DNA of 57,138 bases from Prorocentrum cordatum (lineage: Eukaryota). Position numbers and translations under genes: made by a program. The stretch is taken from assembly GCA_963575745.1 (NCBI GenBank), contig CAUYUJ010000044.1, positions 62,001 to 119,138 of the forward strand. The letters run 5' to 3'. This document shows, in pieces, positions 37,901 to 50,465 of this stretch. Below the pieces are notes generated by a model. The model was not told where the DNA came from and searched no databases. It saw only the letters and a list, made by a program, of their open reading frames with translations. Position 1 is the stretch's first letter; each line of letters opens with the position of its first letter.

Positions 37901-38584
37901 CTTGCGTCGTGAGAATGAGAGATGATTGCGTCGTGAGAATGAGGACGGGATGGTTGCGTCATGATAATGAGTATGAGAGATGATTACGTCGTGAGAATGA
38001 GAGATGATTGCGCCGTGAGAGTGAGGCCTCGAGTGCTTGCGTCGTGAGAATGAGGACGGGATGGTGTTGTTTGCCGTTTTCGGCCTCTGGGGGCCCCCGC
38101 CCAGCCACGGGACGCAGGGTGAAAACCCGGGGTCCCGGGGAAGGGGTCCAAGCTTCTGGGGGTCGACGTTACGAAGCAAGTCGTGACGACGGGGGTCAGG
38201 GCCACGGGCAGCGACAGGATGGGCCTGGCCGAGGCTTGGCGGGGCTAGACCGGGATACATCGGCTGCGGTATGCGTAAGAGTGCCCCTTCGCCAGAGTGA
38301 CCTTCGGTGTGGGCCCACAGGGATCCCCCCCACCACTGGCCAGCGCGCTTGGATTGGCCTCCCCCGCGGTCCCATAGAGGTCGCGCGCCGAGGCTCACTC
38401 TTGCCCAGGGTCGCTTGCGCGTGCAACCGAATAAATCGCTCCAGGCCATTCCGCAGCGCTCCGGAATTGTCGCGCTCAGGAATGGCCGCGGGACCAGATG
38501 CAGATTCCAAACCCGCCAGAGCCCAGAGATCCCCGATCTATCCTGGCCTAGTTTTGTCCTGGTCTTGGCTTCGTCTCGTCGTGG

Positions 38585-39700
38585 GCGATCTTGGGGGCCT
38601 CTTGGGCCGTCTTGAGCCGTCGGAGTGCCGAAAAGAAGCACATGCCCAAATGCTTCAAAAACCTTAGGAAAATCTATGATTTTGGCCTCTTCGGGCCCTC
38701 CTGGAGGACCTCTTGGAGGCCTCTTGGGCCGTCTTGGAGGCCTCTTGGGGGCCTCTTGAGCCTCCGTGTGCAATCTGGAGGCCATATCAGGCCGTCTTGG
38801 GTGCATCTTGGGCCGTCTTGGGGGCATCTTGGACCATCTTAGCTGTCTTGGGCCCTTCTTGGGCGTCTTGGAGGCCTTGTGGGCCGTCTGGGGGCCCTCG
38901 TGGGGGCAAATCGGGGGCCTCTTGGGCCGTCATGGGGCCATCTTGGAGAGCTCTTGGGCGATCTTGGGGGCCTCTTGGGCCGTCGGAAGGCCGAAAAGGC
39001 GAAAATGCCGAAATCCTTCAGACACCTAGAAGGAAAGTCAATGATTTTGGCCTTTTCGGGCCTTCCTGAAGGATCTTTTGGAGACCTCTTGGGCTGTCTT
39101 GGAGACCTCTTAGGGGGCTCTTGGGCTGTCTTGGGCCATCTTGAGGCTATCTTAGGCCGTCTTGGGTGCATCTTGGGCCGTCTTGGAGGCATCTTGGGGC
39201 CATCTTAGCCGTCTTGGAGGCCATCTTGGCCGTCTTGGATGCATCTTGGAGGCCATCTTGGGCCGTCTTGGAGCCGTCTGGAGAGAAAAAACCTTTGCAA
39301 CCATCTCTGGGCAATCCTCCCCGGACCTCGGCGGGACTCGCCGGAGCCCCATGGAGAGTTCTTTTGGAAAAGAACCAAAACCAAAACCGAAATCGTCTAG
39401 CACGCCAGGCACCCCTGTGATGAATCAAAAGGGGGCGGCGGATCCTGGTGGTGGCCTTCGGCCCGTCCCGCCACCATGCCTGGGTTGTGGGCCTGAGGCC
39501 TCTTGTATATGTGTTGGGGTGTCGTGGGGAGCCTCTCGGGGGCCTCTTCGAAAGGATTTGGGCGCCTCTTAAAAGCCTCTTGGGGCCTCGTGGAGTATCT
39601 TTTGGGCTCATTGGGGGCCTCCTGGGCGCGTCTTGGGCGCCTCTTGGGGCCTCTCTTGACGGCCTTTGGGGCCTTTGGGGGCTACACGGGACCTCGGGGG
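38585..39700 (+). repeat. Family A (GGCCTCTTGG) element with terminal module
   Basis: 39356-39443 nearly matches 4587-4674 (gagttcttttggaaaagaaccaaaaccaaaaccgaaatc.tctagcacgccaggcacccctg.gatgaatcaa.agggggcggcggat). Confidence 0.9.
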
Positions 39701-39724
39701 CGCGAGCGTGGAGCAATTAATTCA

Positions 39725-40138
39725 AAGGGGATCGTGGCCCCAGAGGCGAACACGTGGCGTAATTCATGGGGGATCGTGGCTTCAGGAGCGTGAGTCTGGT
39801 GTATTTTGCGAGGGATCGTGGCTTCGGGGACGTGAATGCAGCACAGTTTGCGAGGGGTCTTGGCCTCGGGGGCGCGAATGCAGCGTCATTTGCGACGGAA
39901 TATTGCGTCGGCAGCGCGATTCTCAAGTGTTTCCCCAGTGCCCCCTGGAAATTCCGAGGACGTGATTCGGGGACGCTTGAGAAGATGGTTTTCGGTTTCC
40001 CCCCCTCGCGCGGACAGTAACTTACAGCAAGAAGCAGAAAGCAATACTGAAACATTGGAAACTGGAAACTGGAACTGGTGCAGGGAGCAGCGAACCTAAG
40101 CCTCGCAGCCTGATGGCCCCGCAGGGGGTCCGGCGGAT
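39725..40138 (+). repeat. Element with ~42-bp degenerate tandem units, ending in hairpin + CGGCGGAT
   Basis: gggatcgtggc at about 39728, 39770 and 39812, ggggtcttggc at 39854; CGGCGGAT at 40131-40138. Confidence 0.65.
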
Positions 40139-41182
40139 AAGGGCGCGAACCTCTTATGAGTTTTGCAGCTAATTCCACGTTCAGCAGATTGTACGGCAAA
40201 GCCACGCTCATTCAAAACGTTGGGGCTCCAGGGGGCGATACTGCAGGGATGTCTCGAGCGAAAGCGCCATTCTGGGACTCGCCCGGCGCATCCGGCGCAT
40301 TTCGGACATGGTCCCTCAGGGGCGGTTGTGGGCACATTTCTTTGGGCTCCAGGGGTCAGGATGACGTGAGTTCCACACGGCTTCCCTCAAACAGCATGGT
40401 GATTGGCGCAAGCGATGGGGAAGCGGCATCGACACCTTCCTTTGGCAGTGCAGGCTGGACCTACACCCACCTCCCGCACCAACCAGTATAAAAATATAAC
40501 CAATCGACAACCAATGGCCCATGTGGTGTCTTTCGAAGGGCCGTCACCTGGTCGAGGTTTGTGAACGCTTGCGCCGACAACTGAAACAAAACACATTCAC
40601 GAACGATCACAAGGGCATTATCTTTGCACTACGAGAAGAACGGTTCTTCTTCTCCTCATCCTCCAACTCCTATCCTTCATTGTTTCGCAGCGCATGTATG
40701 TCACCCACAGACGGCAGTATACAGAGAGGCCATGAAGTCGACCGCCCAAAATTAGGTAAGGCCAGAGGCTGTTCCGCATTGGTGGCTCGTTCGTTCGCTT
40801 GCTCGGCCTCGAATTCCGTCTCCCCTAATTATCCCCCCTCCCCCCCTCTCCACCACCTCACCTGCCCTCTCCTCATGCCTCATGCTCGTGTCCTCCCTGC
40901 CCCTCCTTCCCCTCATCCTGTCTCCCTTCCTCGTCCCTCCCTCCCCTCCCTTCCTCCTCCCTCTCCTTCACCCTCTCTCCCCTTCGTTTGATCTCCCCCC
41001 CCCTCCGTTCTCCTCTCCTCCCCCCTTCCCGTGGCCGCCCTGGTGCGCGAGGAGATGGAGCCCGCGCCAGCTGCCTGGCCCGCCGCTGCCAGGCCCGCGG
41101 CCGCGCCGCAGGCGGCCGCCCTCGTGCGGACGGCGTCCTCGAAGGCCTCGCCCCGGAAGGCCAGCGGGGACGGCGGCAGGGC

Positions 41183-41360
41183 TCGGGCCGAGCCTCAGGG
41201 GGGGAGGGGGAAAGGGGGGGCTGCGACGTCTGCTGCATGCCGCCGGGCCCATTCCTCGGTACATGGCCGCCTCCCGGCGCCGGGAGGCGCCGGGAAAATC
41301 AGCTACGTGAGCTGATTCTCACCCCTCCCCTTTGCTATCCCCCCCTTTCGCCCGGCCCGA
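41183..41360. mobile_element. MITE with TCGGGCCG…CGGCCCGA termini and near-perfect 5-bp TSD (AGGGC/AGGAC); candidate introner
   Basis: 8-bp perfect TIR extended by G-rich and C-rich arms. TSDs at 41178-41182 and 41361-41365. It lies within coding-like GC-rich sequence. Confidence 0.7.
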
Positions 41361-41689
41361 AGGACGAGAGTCCTCTCTGCGTGGCTGTTGCACGGGCTCC
41401 GCGGGTTCCGACCGCTGCCGCGCTCAGGCCGCTGCAGGTTTTCGGTCGAGGATCGCTTCCGGGGGTTCTGACCGCAGGGGGCGCCTGGGCACCGCGTTTC
41501 CCAGCCAGTGCCGCTGGGGCTGCTGCTGATGCTTCCGCGGAAAGGGCTACTGCAAAGGATTCTCTTTTGACTGGTTTCTCCCCAGCCTCGACTTGCGCAG
41601 GGCCGGCTGATCAGATCTGCGATAGGAGCACAAAGGTTGTGTAGGGCCGGCAAATGAAACAGTTAAGGATGTTCTAGAACTATTATCCC

Positions 41690-43670
41690 GATCGATAAAT
41701 CACAGGGTAAAGTAAGCATTTTCGTCTGTTGTGAATGTCTCGAGCGAAACGATGTCTGCATGATGTGGTGAGGATGTCTCGAGCGAAACGTGTGTTTTGT
41801 GCTATAGATCGTTCCTCTCCTGGGGACCAGAATTCGGAGGATGTCTCAGGTGAAATGCTTGTTTTCACGTGCCCAGGTCTTGAGGATGTCTCGAGCGAGA
41901 CGCTTGCTTTCACATGTCCAGGTCGCCCAGGCGGATGTCAAGCATGAGGAGAGGTTGAGCGAAACGCTTACTTTTACGTACCCAGGTCGCCCAGGCGGAT
42001 GTCTAGCATCAGGACAGGTTGAGGATGTCTCTCTCGAGAGACGCTTGTTTCACGTGCCCAGGTCGCCCAGGCGGATGTTTAGCATGAAGATGTGTTGAGG
42101 ATGTGTTGAGCGGAACGTTTGGTTTCACGTGTCCAGGTCGCCCAGGCAGATATCCAGCATGCGGATTTGTTGAGGATGTCTCGATAGAGACGCCGGTTTT
42201 CAAGCGTCCAGGTCGCCCAGGCAGATGTCTAGCACGAGTATATGTTGAGTATGTGTTGAGCGAAACGCTTGGTTTCACGTGTCCAGGTCGCCCAGATTTG
42301 TCGAGGATGCCTCGAGAGAGGGAAGCTTGTTTTCACGTGTCCAGGTCGGCCAGGCGGATGTCTAGCATGAGGATGTGTTGAGGAGTGTTGAGCGAAACGC
42401 TTGTTTTCACGTGTTTAGGTCGCCCAGGCGGATGTCTAACGTGAAGATGTGTTGAGGATGTCTCGAGCGAGACGCTTTCTTTCACGTGTCCAGGTCGCCA
42501 AGGCGGATGTCCAGCATGAGGCTGTGTTGTTGAGCGAACCGTTTGGTTTCACGTGCCCAGGTCGCCCAGGCGGATGTCTGACATGATGATTTGTTGAGGG
42601 TGTCTCTCTCTCTCTCTCGAGGGATAGATAGAGAGAGGCGCTTGTTTTCACGTGTCCAGGTCGGCCAGGCGGATGTCTAGCATGAGGATGTGTTGAGGAT
42701 GTGTTGAGCGAACTGTTTGGTTTCACGTGCCCAGGTCGCCCAGGCGGCTGTTTAACATGGTGATGCGGGCAGGACGTCTCGATCGATTTGTTTGTTTTCA
42801 CGTGTCCAGGTCGCTCAGGCAGATGTCTAGCACGAGGAGGTATTGAGAACATCTCGAGCGAGACACTTGGTTTCACGTGTCCAGATCGCCCAGTCGGATG
42901 TCTGACATGAGGATTTGTTGAGGATGTGTTGAGCGAAACGCTTGTTGCAGTAGAGTGCGTCGCAGTCCAACCCCGCCCGTCCGTGGGGCGTCCCCTGGCG
43001 CCCTGGCGCGCCATAGTGCGTCCCTTGCGACGTTCTGGCGTGACGTGCCCTGCCACGTCCCTTAGCACGCCACTCGGCGTGGCTTGTTCCCTGGCTCGTC
43101 CTCTGTCGCGTTTCCTTGCTCGTCCCCAGGCGCGTCCCCTGCCCGTTCCGTGGCGGGCCCCTTGCAACGTCCCTTGGCATGACGTGCTCTGGCCGCCCCA
43201 TGGCACGCTCTTTGGCACGTCCCCAGGGCACGTCCCCTGATGCGTCCCCTGACACGTCCCCAGGCGCATCCCCTATTGCGCCCCTGGCGCATCCTGTGGT
43301 GCGTCCGTGAGCCTGTGCCCCGTGTCGTGTCGTTCCTCGTCGGCGCTGAATCGGATTGAGGTCGAGTTGATTGAACGTCCTCCACGTTTTGAGCTCTGGG
43401 GCGGCTATTATGTGCTCACGCAGCTCGAGCTCAAGATCAAGATCAGTTCGGTCAGTACTCGAATGTTAAGGATGACTCGACCCACAACGCTATAGAGCAC
43501 AATTATGGTATGCCACATCGCAGTTCAGCATGGCACAGCAGAGCAAAGCCTTTGACACGGTACATCAAGATCGATACATTCAGCATTGTAATTGCCCGTT
43601 GTCCAATCAGGTGTCTTGAAAACGTTGCCATGCCTCACATTTCTTTATGGGTTCGTGGGCCGATCATGTT
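41690..43670 (+). repeat. Composite repeat family E, copy 1: ~76-bp tandem array, cgtcccc-rich insert, ~370-bp unique tail
   Basis: Units cacgtgtccaggtcgcccaggcggatgtctagcatgaggatgtgttgaggatgtctcgagcgagacgcttgtttt at 41860-42945. The tail 43308-43668 is homologous to 55120-55499. Confidence 0.92.
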
Positions 43671-43799
43671 TTCGACGCTGACGCTTGATGCGGTAATCTT
43701 ACACGCGGCACCGCAGATGTATACACGTGCGGGGTCGCCAAATTACTTGGTTGGACCACTCAGAGGTAGGGTGTTCCACCGTCCAGCGTGCACGCAGGA

Positions 43800-44160
43800 T
43801 AATCACTGACCAAACGGCAAGGTTTTCGATCGGGCAGCCTCTGAACAGTCCTGGTACCGAGGAGGTATTGCCGAGGGGGGATGCCCGTCGCCTGGCGAAG
43901 CCCCGAATCGTAGCCTGTTGCTGTTGGTTGCTAGCGAGGGCGAACCTTGGCTAACAACCCACAGTAGGACTGTGCAGGAGTGGCGCCCTGCACTGGACAA
44001 TGCGGGGGCCGGGGCCGAAATTGGCCGCCCTTGCAGGAGGCAGGGATCACGCGAGGAACGAGTCTCTCTGATTGGGGCGAGGCTGCGCGTGGGGTTGCGC
44101 CCATATCTCATACTCCAGCGTGTCACTCATGGGAATCGCTGGCCAGTCTGGGGCTTTCCC
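43800..44160 (+). pseudogene. Possible decayed LINE RT fragment
   Basis: GKVFDR (KAFD-like, ~43817), then RRQGSRE…LRP…W..WGF (RQG motif, ~44035-44157), at roughly RT domain 3-4 spacing; frameshifted. Confidence 0.3.
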
Positions 44161-44646
44161 GGCGCACAGGTGAAGGAAGGGGTGGGTGTTGATGTTCGCA
44201 GGTGGAGCAGACGGAGCGACGCAGGGTCAGAGGAAGGGGGGGGGGCTCCAGACTCTGGCCGCTTGCCTGGCTCCTCCTGCGCTCCCTGCCCAGCTCTCCT
44301 CCTCCCACCTACGCCCCCCGCACCCCGGATCAGCGCCTGCAAACTCAAATGACGATGGCGACCATCACCGCGCCCAAGAACGACTCCTCTGGCGAGGCCG
44401 GCGCCACTGTGATGCCGACGCGGAGGGAGGAATCGTCATTGGCAGTTTCGCGGGCCCCTGCATGACGACCCCTCCCTCGCACTCGCCGCCGGTGTCGTCC
44501 TTGCGCGGCACCGCTTGGATTGGCCGGCCTTCGCCCTCGTCAGAGCTGCGCCCTGGTGGCGGGGAAAGAGGAGGGAGGGAACGGAGAGAACAATCATGCC
44601 AGGCGCGGGGAGACGACTCCGCCCCGGCATCCCCGCCCTTTTTTGT

Positions 44647-45169
44647 CCTCCTCCTCCTCCTCCTCCTCCTCCTCCTCCTCCTCCTCCCCCTCCTCCTCCT
44701 CCTCCTCCTCCTCCTCCTCCTCCTCCTCCTCCTCCTCCTCCTCCTCCTCCTCCTCCTCCTCCTCCTCCTCCCCCTTCCTCTCCGCCTCCTCATTCTCCGG
44801 CTCGATCTAGTTCCCTTCGCGGGGTGGCCGCTCTTGCCCTCCGGCTGGCACGGGGACGAGGGAGGGGCGCAGGCGGAGGAAGGGAGAGGAGTGGAGAGGC
44901 CGGGCTTCATCACGAAGAGCAGGCGAATGAAGGGCAGGGAGAGCGTGGGTTCGCTTGGCGTCGTGCCCTGATCAGCTACTTTCTCCCCCAGTGAAAGGAA
45001 CCGCCACGACAGTCCCCAAGCATCACCCCAGCTGTTATAGGCGGTGGCGCTAGGAGCACGCGGGAGGAGGACGAGGAGGAGGAGGACAAGGAGGAGGAGG
45101 AGGAAGATCAGGAGGAGGAAGAGGATGAGGATGAGGATGAGGATGAGGGTGATGAGAATGATGATGATG

Positions 45170-45227
<58 letters not shown>

Positions 45228-45957
45228 GGCTGATGATGTTGATGTTGATGATGATGATGATGATGATGATGATGTTGAGGGGGAGGAGGAGGAGGAGGAC
45301 GAGGATGCTGAGGATGCTGATAATGATGATGCTGATGATGGTGATGGTGATGATGATTCTGGTGATGTCGCTGATGTTGATGATGATGATTGTGATGCTG
45401 ATGATGCTGATGATGATGGTGATGATGGTGATGATGATGATGATGCTGGTGATGATGATGAGGATGAGAGGATGATGATATTGACGATGATGATGCTGAT
45501 GCTGGAGATGAGGATGATGGTGATGATTATGATGATGCTGAGGATGAGGATGATGATGATGATGATGCTGAGGCTGATGAGGATGATGACGATGAAGCTG
45601 ATGTTGAGGATGAGGATATGATGATGCTGATGCTGATGAAACTGATGAGCATGGTGATGATGATGCTGATGAAGTTAAAACTTGAGCATGATGATCATGA
45701 TGCTGATTATGATGATGATGCTGCTGCGATGATGCTGCTGCTGATGCTGATGATGATGCTGTTGATGCTGATTGTGATGATGCTGCTGATGGTGATGATG
45801 ATGATGGTGATGATGATGCTGCTGCTGATGATGATGATGATGATGATGATGGTGATGCGGGGTAGGATGATGATGCTGCTGCTGATGATGATGATGATGA
45901 TGATGCTGCTGATGACGACGATGATGATGATGATGCTGATGCTGATGCTGATGCTGC

Positions 45958-46026
<69 letters not shown>

Positions 46027-46135
46027 GTAGGAGGAGAAAGAGGAGGAGAAGGAGGAACAGGAAGAAGAGGAAGTGGAGGAGGAGGAGGAGGAGGAGGAGG
46101 CGGATGGGCAGGTGTAGAGAGGAGGAAGGAGCGGG
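44647..46135. repeat. (CCT)n, (GAG)n and (GAT)n microsatellites
   Basis: CCT at 44647-44790; GAG/GAT at 45063-46135. Confidence 0.95.
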
Positions 46136-47377
46136 GAGGGCATTGGAATTGGCTCCTTCGCGATGCGAAATCACACCATCCTATGGCCGCCCCCTGAGCG
46201 CGAACAAAAGTAGTCGAACCAGAGGACGAAGGACAGGGAATACAGGAGCCAGAGGAAGACGACCACTGCCTCGCATACCTCTGATGAATGCCTCACCGCA
46301 CACTGAGAACACGAACAGGTTAAACTGAGGTGAAGTCGGCTCGATACGGCCCTTTCAATGCTGAGCAAACACCACTGGTCATTGGGCAAACTTTCCCCAA
46401 ACAAGCTCGCGAAAGCAGCACGGTTACTGAGCTCACCTCTTCCATAGACAGCCTCGCCAAATTCCCATACCCAAGGCACAACTTCATTCCTCCAAACCTG
46501 CCATTGCACAAGGACTGCACACACGTTGCCATGGCACTATTCACGGCCTCTGACAAAAACAAACAATGCCCAAGCACAATCGGAGTAAACACCCAGCTCG
46601 TGACACGCCCAAAAGGCAAAGTATTTAGTCAATGCGAGATCCACCAGCAACAAATTGCAATACCCTCCCCAGGCGGCGACGGGATATTCCAGCGCTGTAG
46701 CCGACGAAACCCAACATGCAAAGAAAAGAATGCAACACCACCAGACACTCCAACGGAGACGAACTGTAATACCCTCCCCAGGCGGAGACGGGAGATTCCA
46801 GAATTGTAGGCGGTGAGGCCTGGCTCCTACTGGGCGTGTAACACAAAAAAGGCAAGCCACTCCCCATGCGGCAGTGGGAGACATTGACAGTGAAGCTGAC
46901 AAAACCGGATAACAGTCCCAGCGCTGTAGCTGATGAGCCCGCCTGCCAGCTCTTGACGCTAAGAGCCTGCACCCCTGACAGCGACAGGGTCTTCTGCCAC
47001 CAGGAAGGGCTGAACACTGAGACTGTGAGACACCAGCTCGCAACCACTGTCCAGCTGCCCGGAGGAGCAGGAGGAGGAGGAGGAGGAGGAGGAGGAGGAG
47101 GAGGAGGAGGAGGAGGAGGAGGAGGAGGAGGAGGAGGAGGGAGGAGGAGGGAGGAGGAGGAGGAGGAGGGAGGAGGGAGGAGGGAGGAGGGAGGAGGGAG
47201 GAGGGAGGAGTGAGGAGGGAGGAGGGAGGAGGGAGGAGGGAGGAGGGAGGCGGGAGACTGGAAACTGGAAACTGGACATATGACAAAGTCAGAGGTGCAA
47301 TGACAATCGACAATGCTGACGACAGACATGCAACATGCAATGCGACAAAGGGCCAACCCTCATGACGCCCCTTTGCG

Positions 47378-47750
47378 TCAGGTGGCCTTCTCCGTCTTGC
47401 TCAGAACCTCTGGCCAGAGCCCCCGAGAGATTCTGGAGAGATACTCAAGCCTGTTGGGGGTGGGGCGCTGACAAGGGCGACCGAGCCCATCCAGCAACTG
47501 ATGCCCGTAGCACCCACACCTACCACAATACCACAATTTCAGGTCATCATGCCACTGCATACGATGAGAGGAGTCGACAACCCCCCCCGCTATGTGCAAC
47601 TGGGCCTGGGGGGTTTGTAGAAAATAACCCCGTTATAGTTCAGGGGTTCGAAACAAGGTGACTGACGCCATGCCGTGGCTCTCGCCCTCGTGGCTGAGCC
47701 TCCACAGCGTGTGCACCTTCGCGCTGTCTCATCAAGGCAGTGGCTCGAAG
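47378..47750 (-). pseudogene. C-terminal Cys/His-rich domain of the LINE polyprotein
   Basis: HCLD…RCTRCG…W…PC, then HRMQW…LWYCGRCG…GLGRPC…LSRISRGLWP; stop at 47378-47380. Confidence 0.65.
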
Positions 47751-47959
47751 AGAAGAGGGAGAGAGACGCAGCAGAGGCGGGGGCAGGCGGGGCGGGGACG
47801 GACTTTTTCCCACGAGGCTCAACTTTGCTTTCCTGCTCGGCATCGCAAGCGTCGAGTGTGGCACGCAAAGTCCGCATGCGCACTGGCCGTGCTCGCTGCT
47901 CGTGCCAAAGGACAGTGGTCCGAACCTTCTGTGGGAGCCGTGCCTCACCCGCTGCAAGG

Positions 47960-48720
47960 CCTGCAACCTCGTCAACAACTGCACTGCTGGTCACCAACCA
48001 TCTGGACGCCACCTCACGAACAATGTCATGGGCCGCGAGGTGAGAGTTGGTGAACAAACTTTCACCGACGCAGCTCCATCCGCTCTCTGCCTTAAGAGCT
48101 GGCCGAGCTGCGCCCACAACTCCCTGTTTTCTCCCTGCGGTGCCTCATATCTGCGAGCGAACCACCCTTTTATGACTGGTTCGCAATCGGATACACATGA
48201 ACTGAAACCTCGCGAAAGCCAAACTGCGAGCACCAGCGCACGGAGCTCGCCCCTCGCTGCAACTTGGCGGGGGCCACGCAGCGGCCCCCTGACAGTGCTG
48301 ACAAGCTCGACCTCAGGCTCTGATGAGGCGACCAGGGCCACAGCAACTCCAGCACGTCGAAAGAGATTGCTGCTGCTATCAGCTCCTCCACCAGCATCGC
48401 CACTGATGGTGAGGGGGCACTCTGCCGTGCCTTCCCCCCAGCAGCCCGGAGAGACTGCATGGAATCCTTCCACAGTCCAGCATTCGACCGAGGCAGGCGG
48501 GGGGACGGCCGTGCACGCAGCGGGCATCGTGCCCCTCAGCCAGGGGCCTTCGTCCGTGTCCATCTGCGCCAAAGCTTGCGGCAGAAGGTCCTGCGAGCCG
48601 TCGAAAGCCGTCTTGCCCTGGCTGCACTCGCAGAGCCAGATGCGGTGCTCGGTCGTTTCGGGCTCCTTCCCGCATCGCGGGCGCAACACATTGCCGTCGA
48701 ACCTCGCGATCTCATCCTTG
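47960..48720 (-). pseudogene. Zn finger and RNase H domain of the LINE polyprotein
   Basis: (R)PRCGKEPETTEHRIWLC, then ISGDAGGG, GPRQVAARGELRA, VSDC, NRELW and, after a frameshift, SHL…VDEVAG. These give the D-E-D-H-D RNase HI pattern. Confidence 0.85.
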
Positions 48721-49499
48721 CGTCTCTGCATGGGCCAAGTGCCTCCAATCGCGCACGTCAGCATGGTCTCAGACAAGCGGTGCCCATAGCCTGGCACTGC
48801 AGCGAGCTGCTGAAGAAGTACACGATATGAAGCACAGTCCACACCTCCTTCAAGGCCGGCCCCGCAGAAATGGCGACTAGCTTGACTCCACAATTCCCGT
48901 CTCAGCGAAAACCGAAAGTCTTCCAAAAAGGCAGCATGGGAGTCAATAACTTTTCCACCCGTGTACATGTCATCGTCGAATCTCCAGTCGTCCCCTGCTG
49001 CCTCATGCGGCGGCGGCACTGTCCATGCCGTGGGCTCGTCAACGCCCCAGCCCGCCCGCATGCGGTGTAGCACCACCGCTGAGAGAGGCCCGCGAACGTG
49101 CCGTGAGCGCTGGGCCTCAGGGATGGTGCGCAGGTGCTGCACAACCTGACGCCAGGCCTGTCGCACTCCGGGCCTGAGCTCAGGAACATCCCTCCACGTA
49201 GTCAGCCACTGGTCGGCGCAAGCCGTGGGCATCTGGATGGCAGGGTCAGCGTCCCCCGCTCGGAGGGCGAGCAGGCTGGTCAAACACCGCCCCCTCGTGG
49301 GAGCTGCCAGCGCGAAGCCCGAGCGCCCCCGAATGTCCATCATCTTGCTGCCGACCGTCCCGTGCCCTTGATGGCCGTAGACTCCAGCGGCCTGAGCACC
49401 CTGGCGCTCGAGGCGCCCACACGTCTGATACTTCTTGGCCGTCCACGCAAAACGGCGCACCTTGGCGTTCATGCGCTTGTGCTTCGCCTCGCGGACGAC

Positions 49500-50465
49500 T
49501 CTGGTGGCTAGCGCCTGCCTTCCCCCACCGGTGAGGTCGACGCCAAGATGCGCCGCCTGGAGCTTCGGGAGGATGGTGAAGCCAGCTCTCTTGACTTTGG
49601 CCGCGATCCACTTAGCATCCTGGTGATGCGTGCAAATGACCACAGACTTCGGTGGTACACCTAGCTTTTTGGCGCGAAGCTCGGTGCAGGTGTCGACGAT
49701 GCACGACGCAAGCTGCCGCCGCACTGCCGACCTCGACCCCCGTGCACCCTGCGAGAGGTCGTCAATCCAGGTGCGGTGGCTCACCCGAGGGTGAGCCATC
49801 GTAATTGCAGACAGCACGTAGTGTGTCATAACATTGCCGAAACGCGTGCCAGAGCGTAGCCCTTGCACCACGCTGCGCGTCGGCTGAAAAGCCCGCAACG
49901 TGGCGCCCAGCTGGCCCACCGTGCGCGGTGCCACGCACTGCAGCACCCCCAGGTACAATATTGTCGGTGGAACAGACAAGTTACGCGAAGATCACACAAG
50001 TCCAGGCCACTCGATGGAATCGTAGAAGGACTTGATGTCCACGAGACCTTCGCCGCACGCGATGCCCAAGTGGTGCGGGACCTCGTGCTGAATGGCCCGC
50101 GCGAAGGCCTCGCGCAGACTGGAGTTCCCACGGACTGCAGCGTCCCAGGAAGCCTCCGTGTCACTGGCCCATTTGCGAACCAGCGGTTCGCGGATCAGGC
50201 TCCACAGACGTCTTATCATGGGCGCGAGCCCGATGATGCGGTCGCCCGTGCTCTTCTTGGGCAGCATGCGCCCCACGATCAGGAGGACCTGAGCAGGCCA
50301 TGCGAGGTGATGCTCGCATGCCTCGAACAACATCGCCAGCTCGGCCAGCGCCGCGTCGGAGAGACGCTCGAAATCCCCTGGCGAGAGCATATCGATGCCA
50401 AGCCCTGCTCGGGGACGCATCTGCCGCAATGCTCCTCGAATGTCACTGACTGAGATAGGCGGCAT
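49500..50465 (-). pseudogene. Reverse transcriptase domain, frameshifted near 49985
   Basis: AGLGID, MLPKKSTGDRIIGL…RLW, LVDIKSFYDSI, RSVVQGLRSG, TWIDD (WIDD at 49758-49769), KSVV, HLGVD. Confidence 0.93.

Noticed and set aside
41860..42945. E-box (CACGTG) regulatory cluster
   Set aside because: The motif is just part of the tandem unit, and nothing supports a promoter here.
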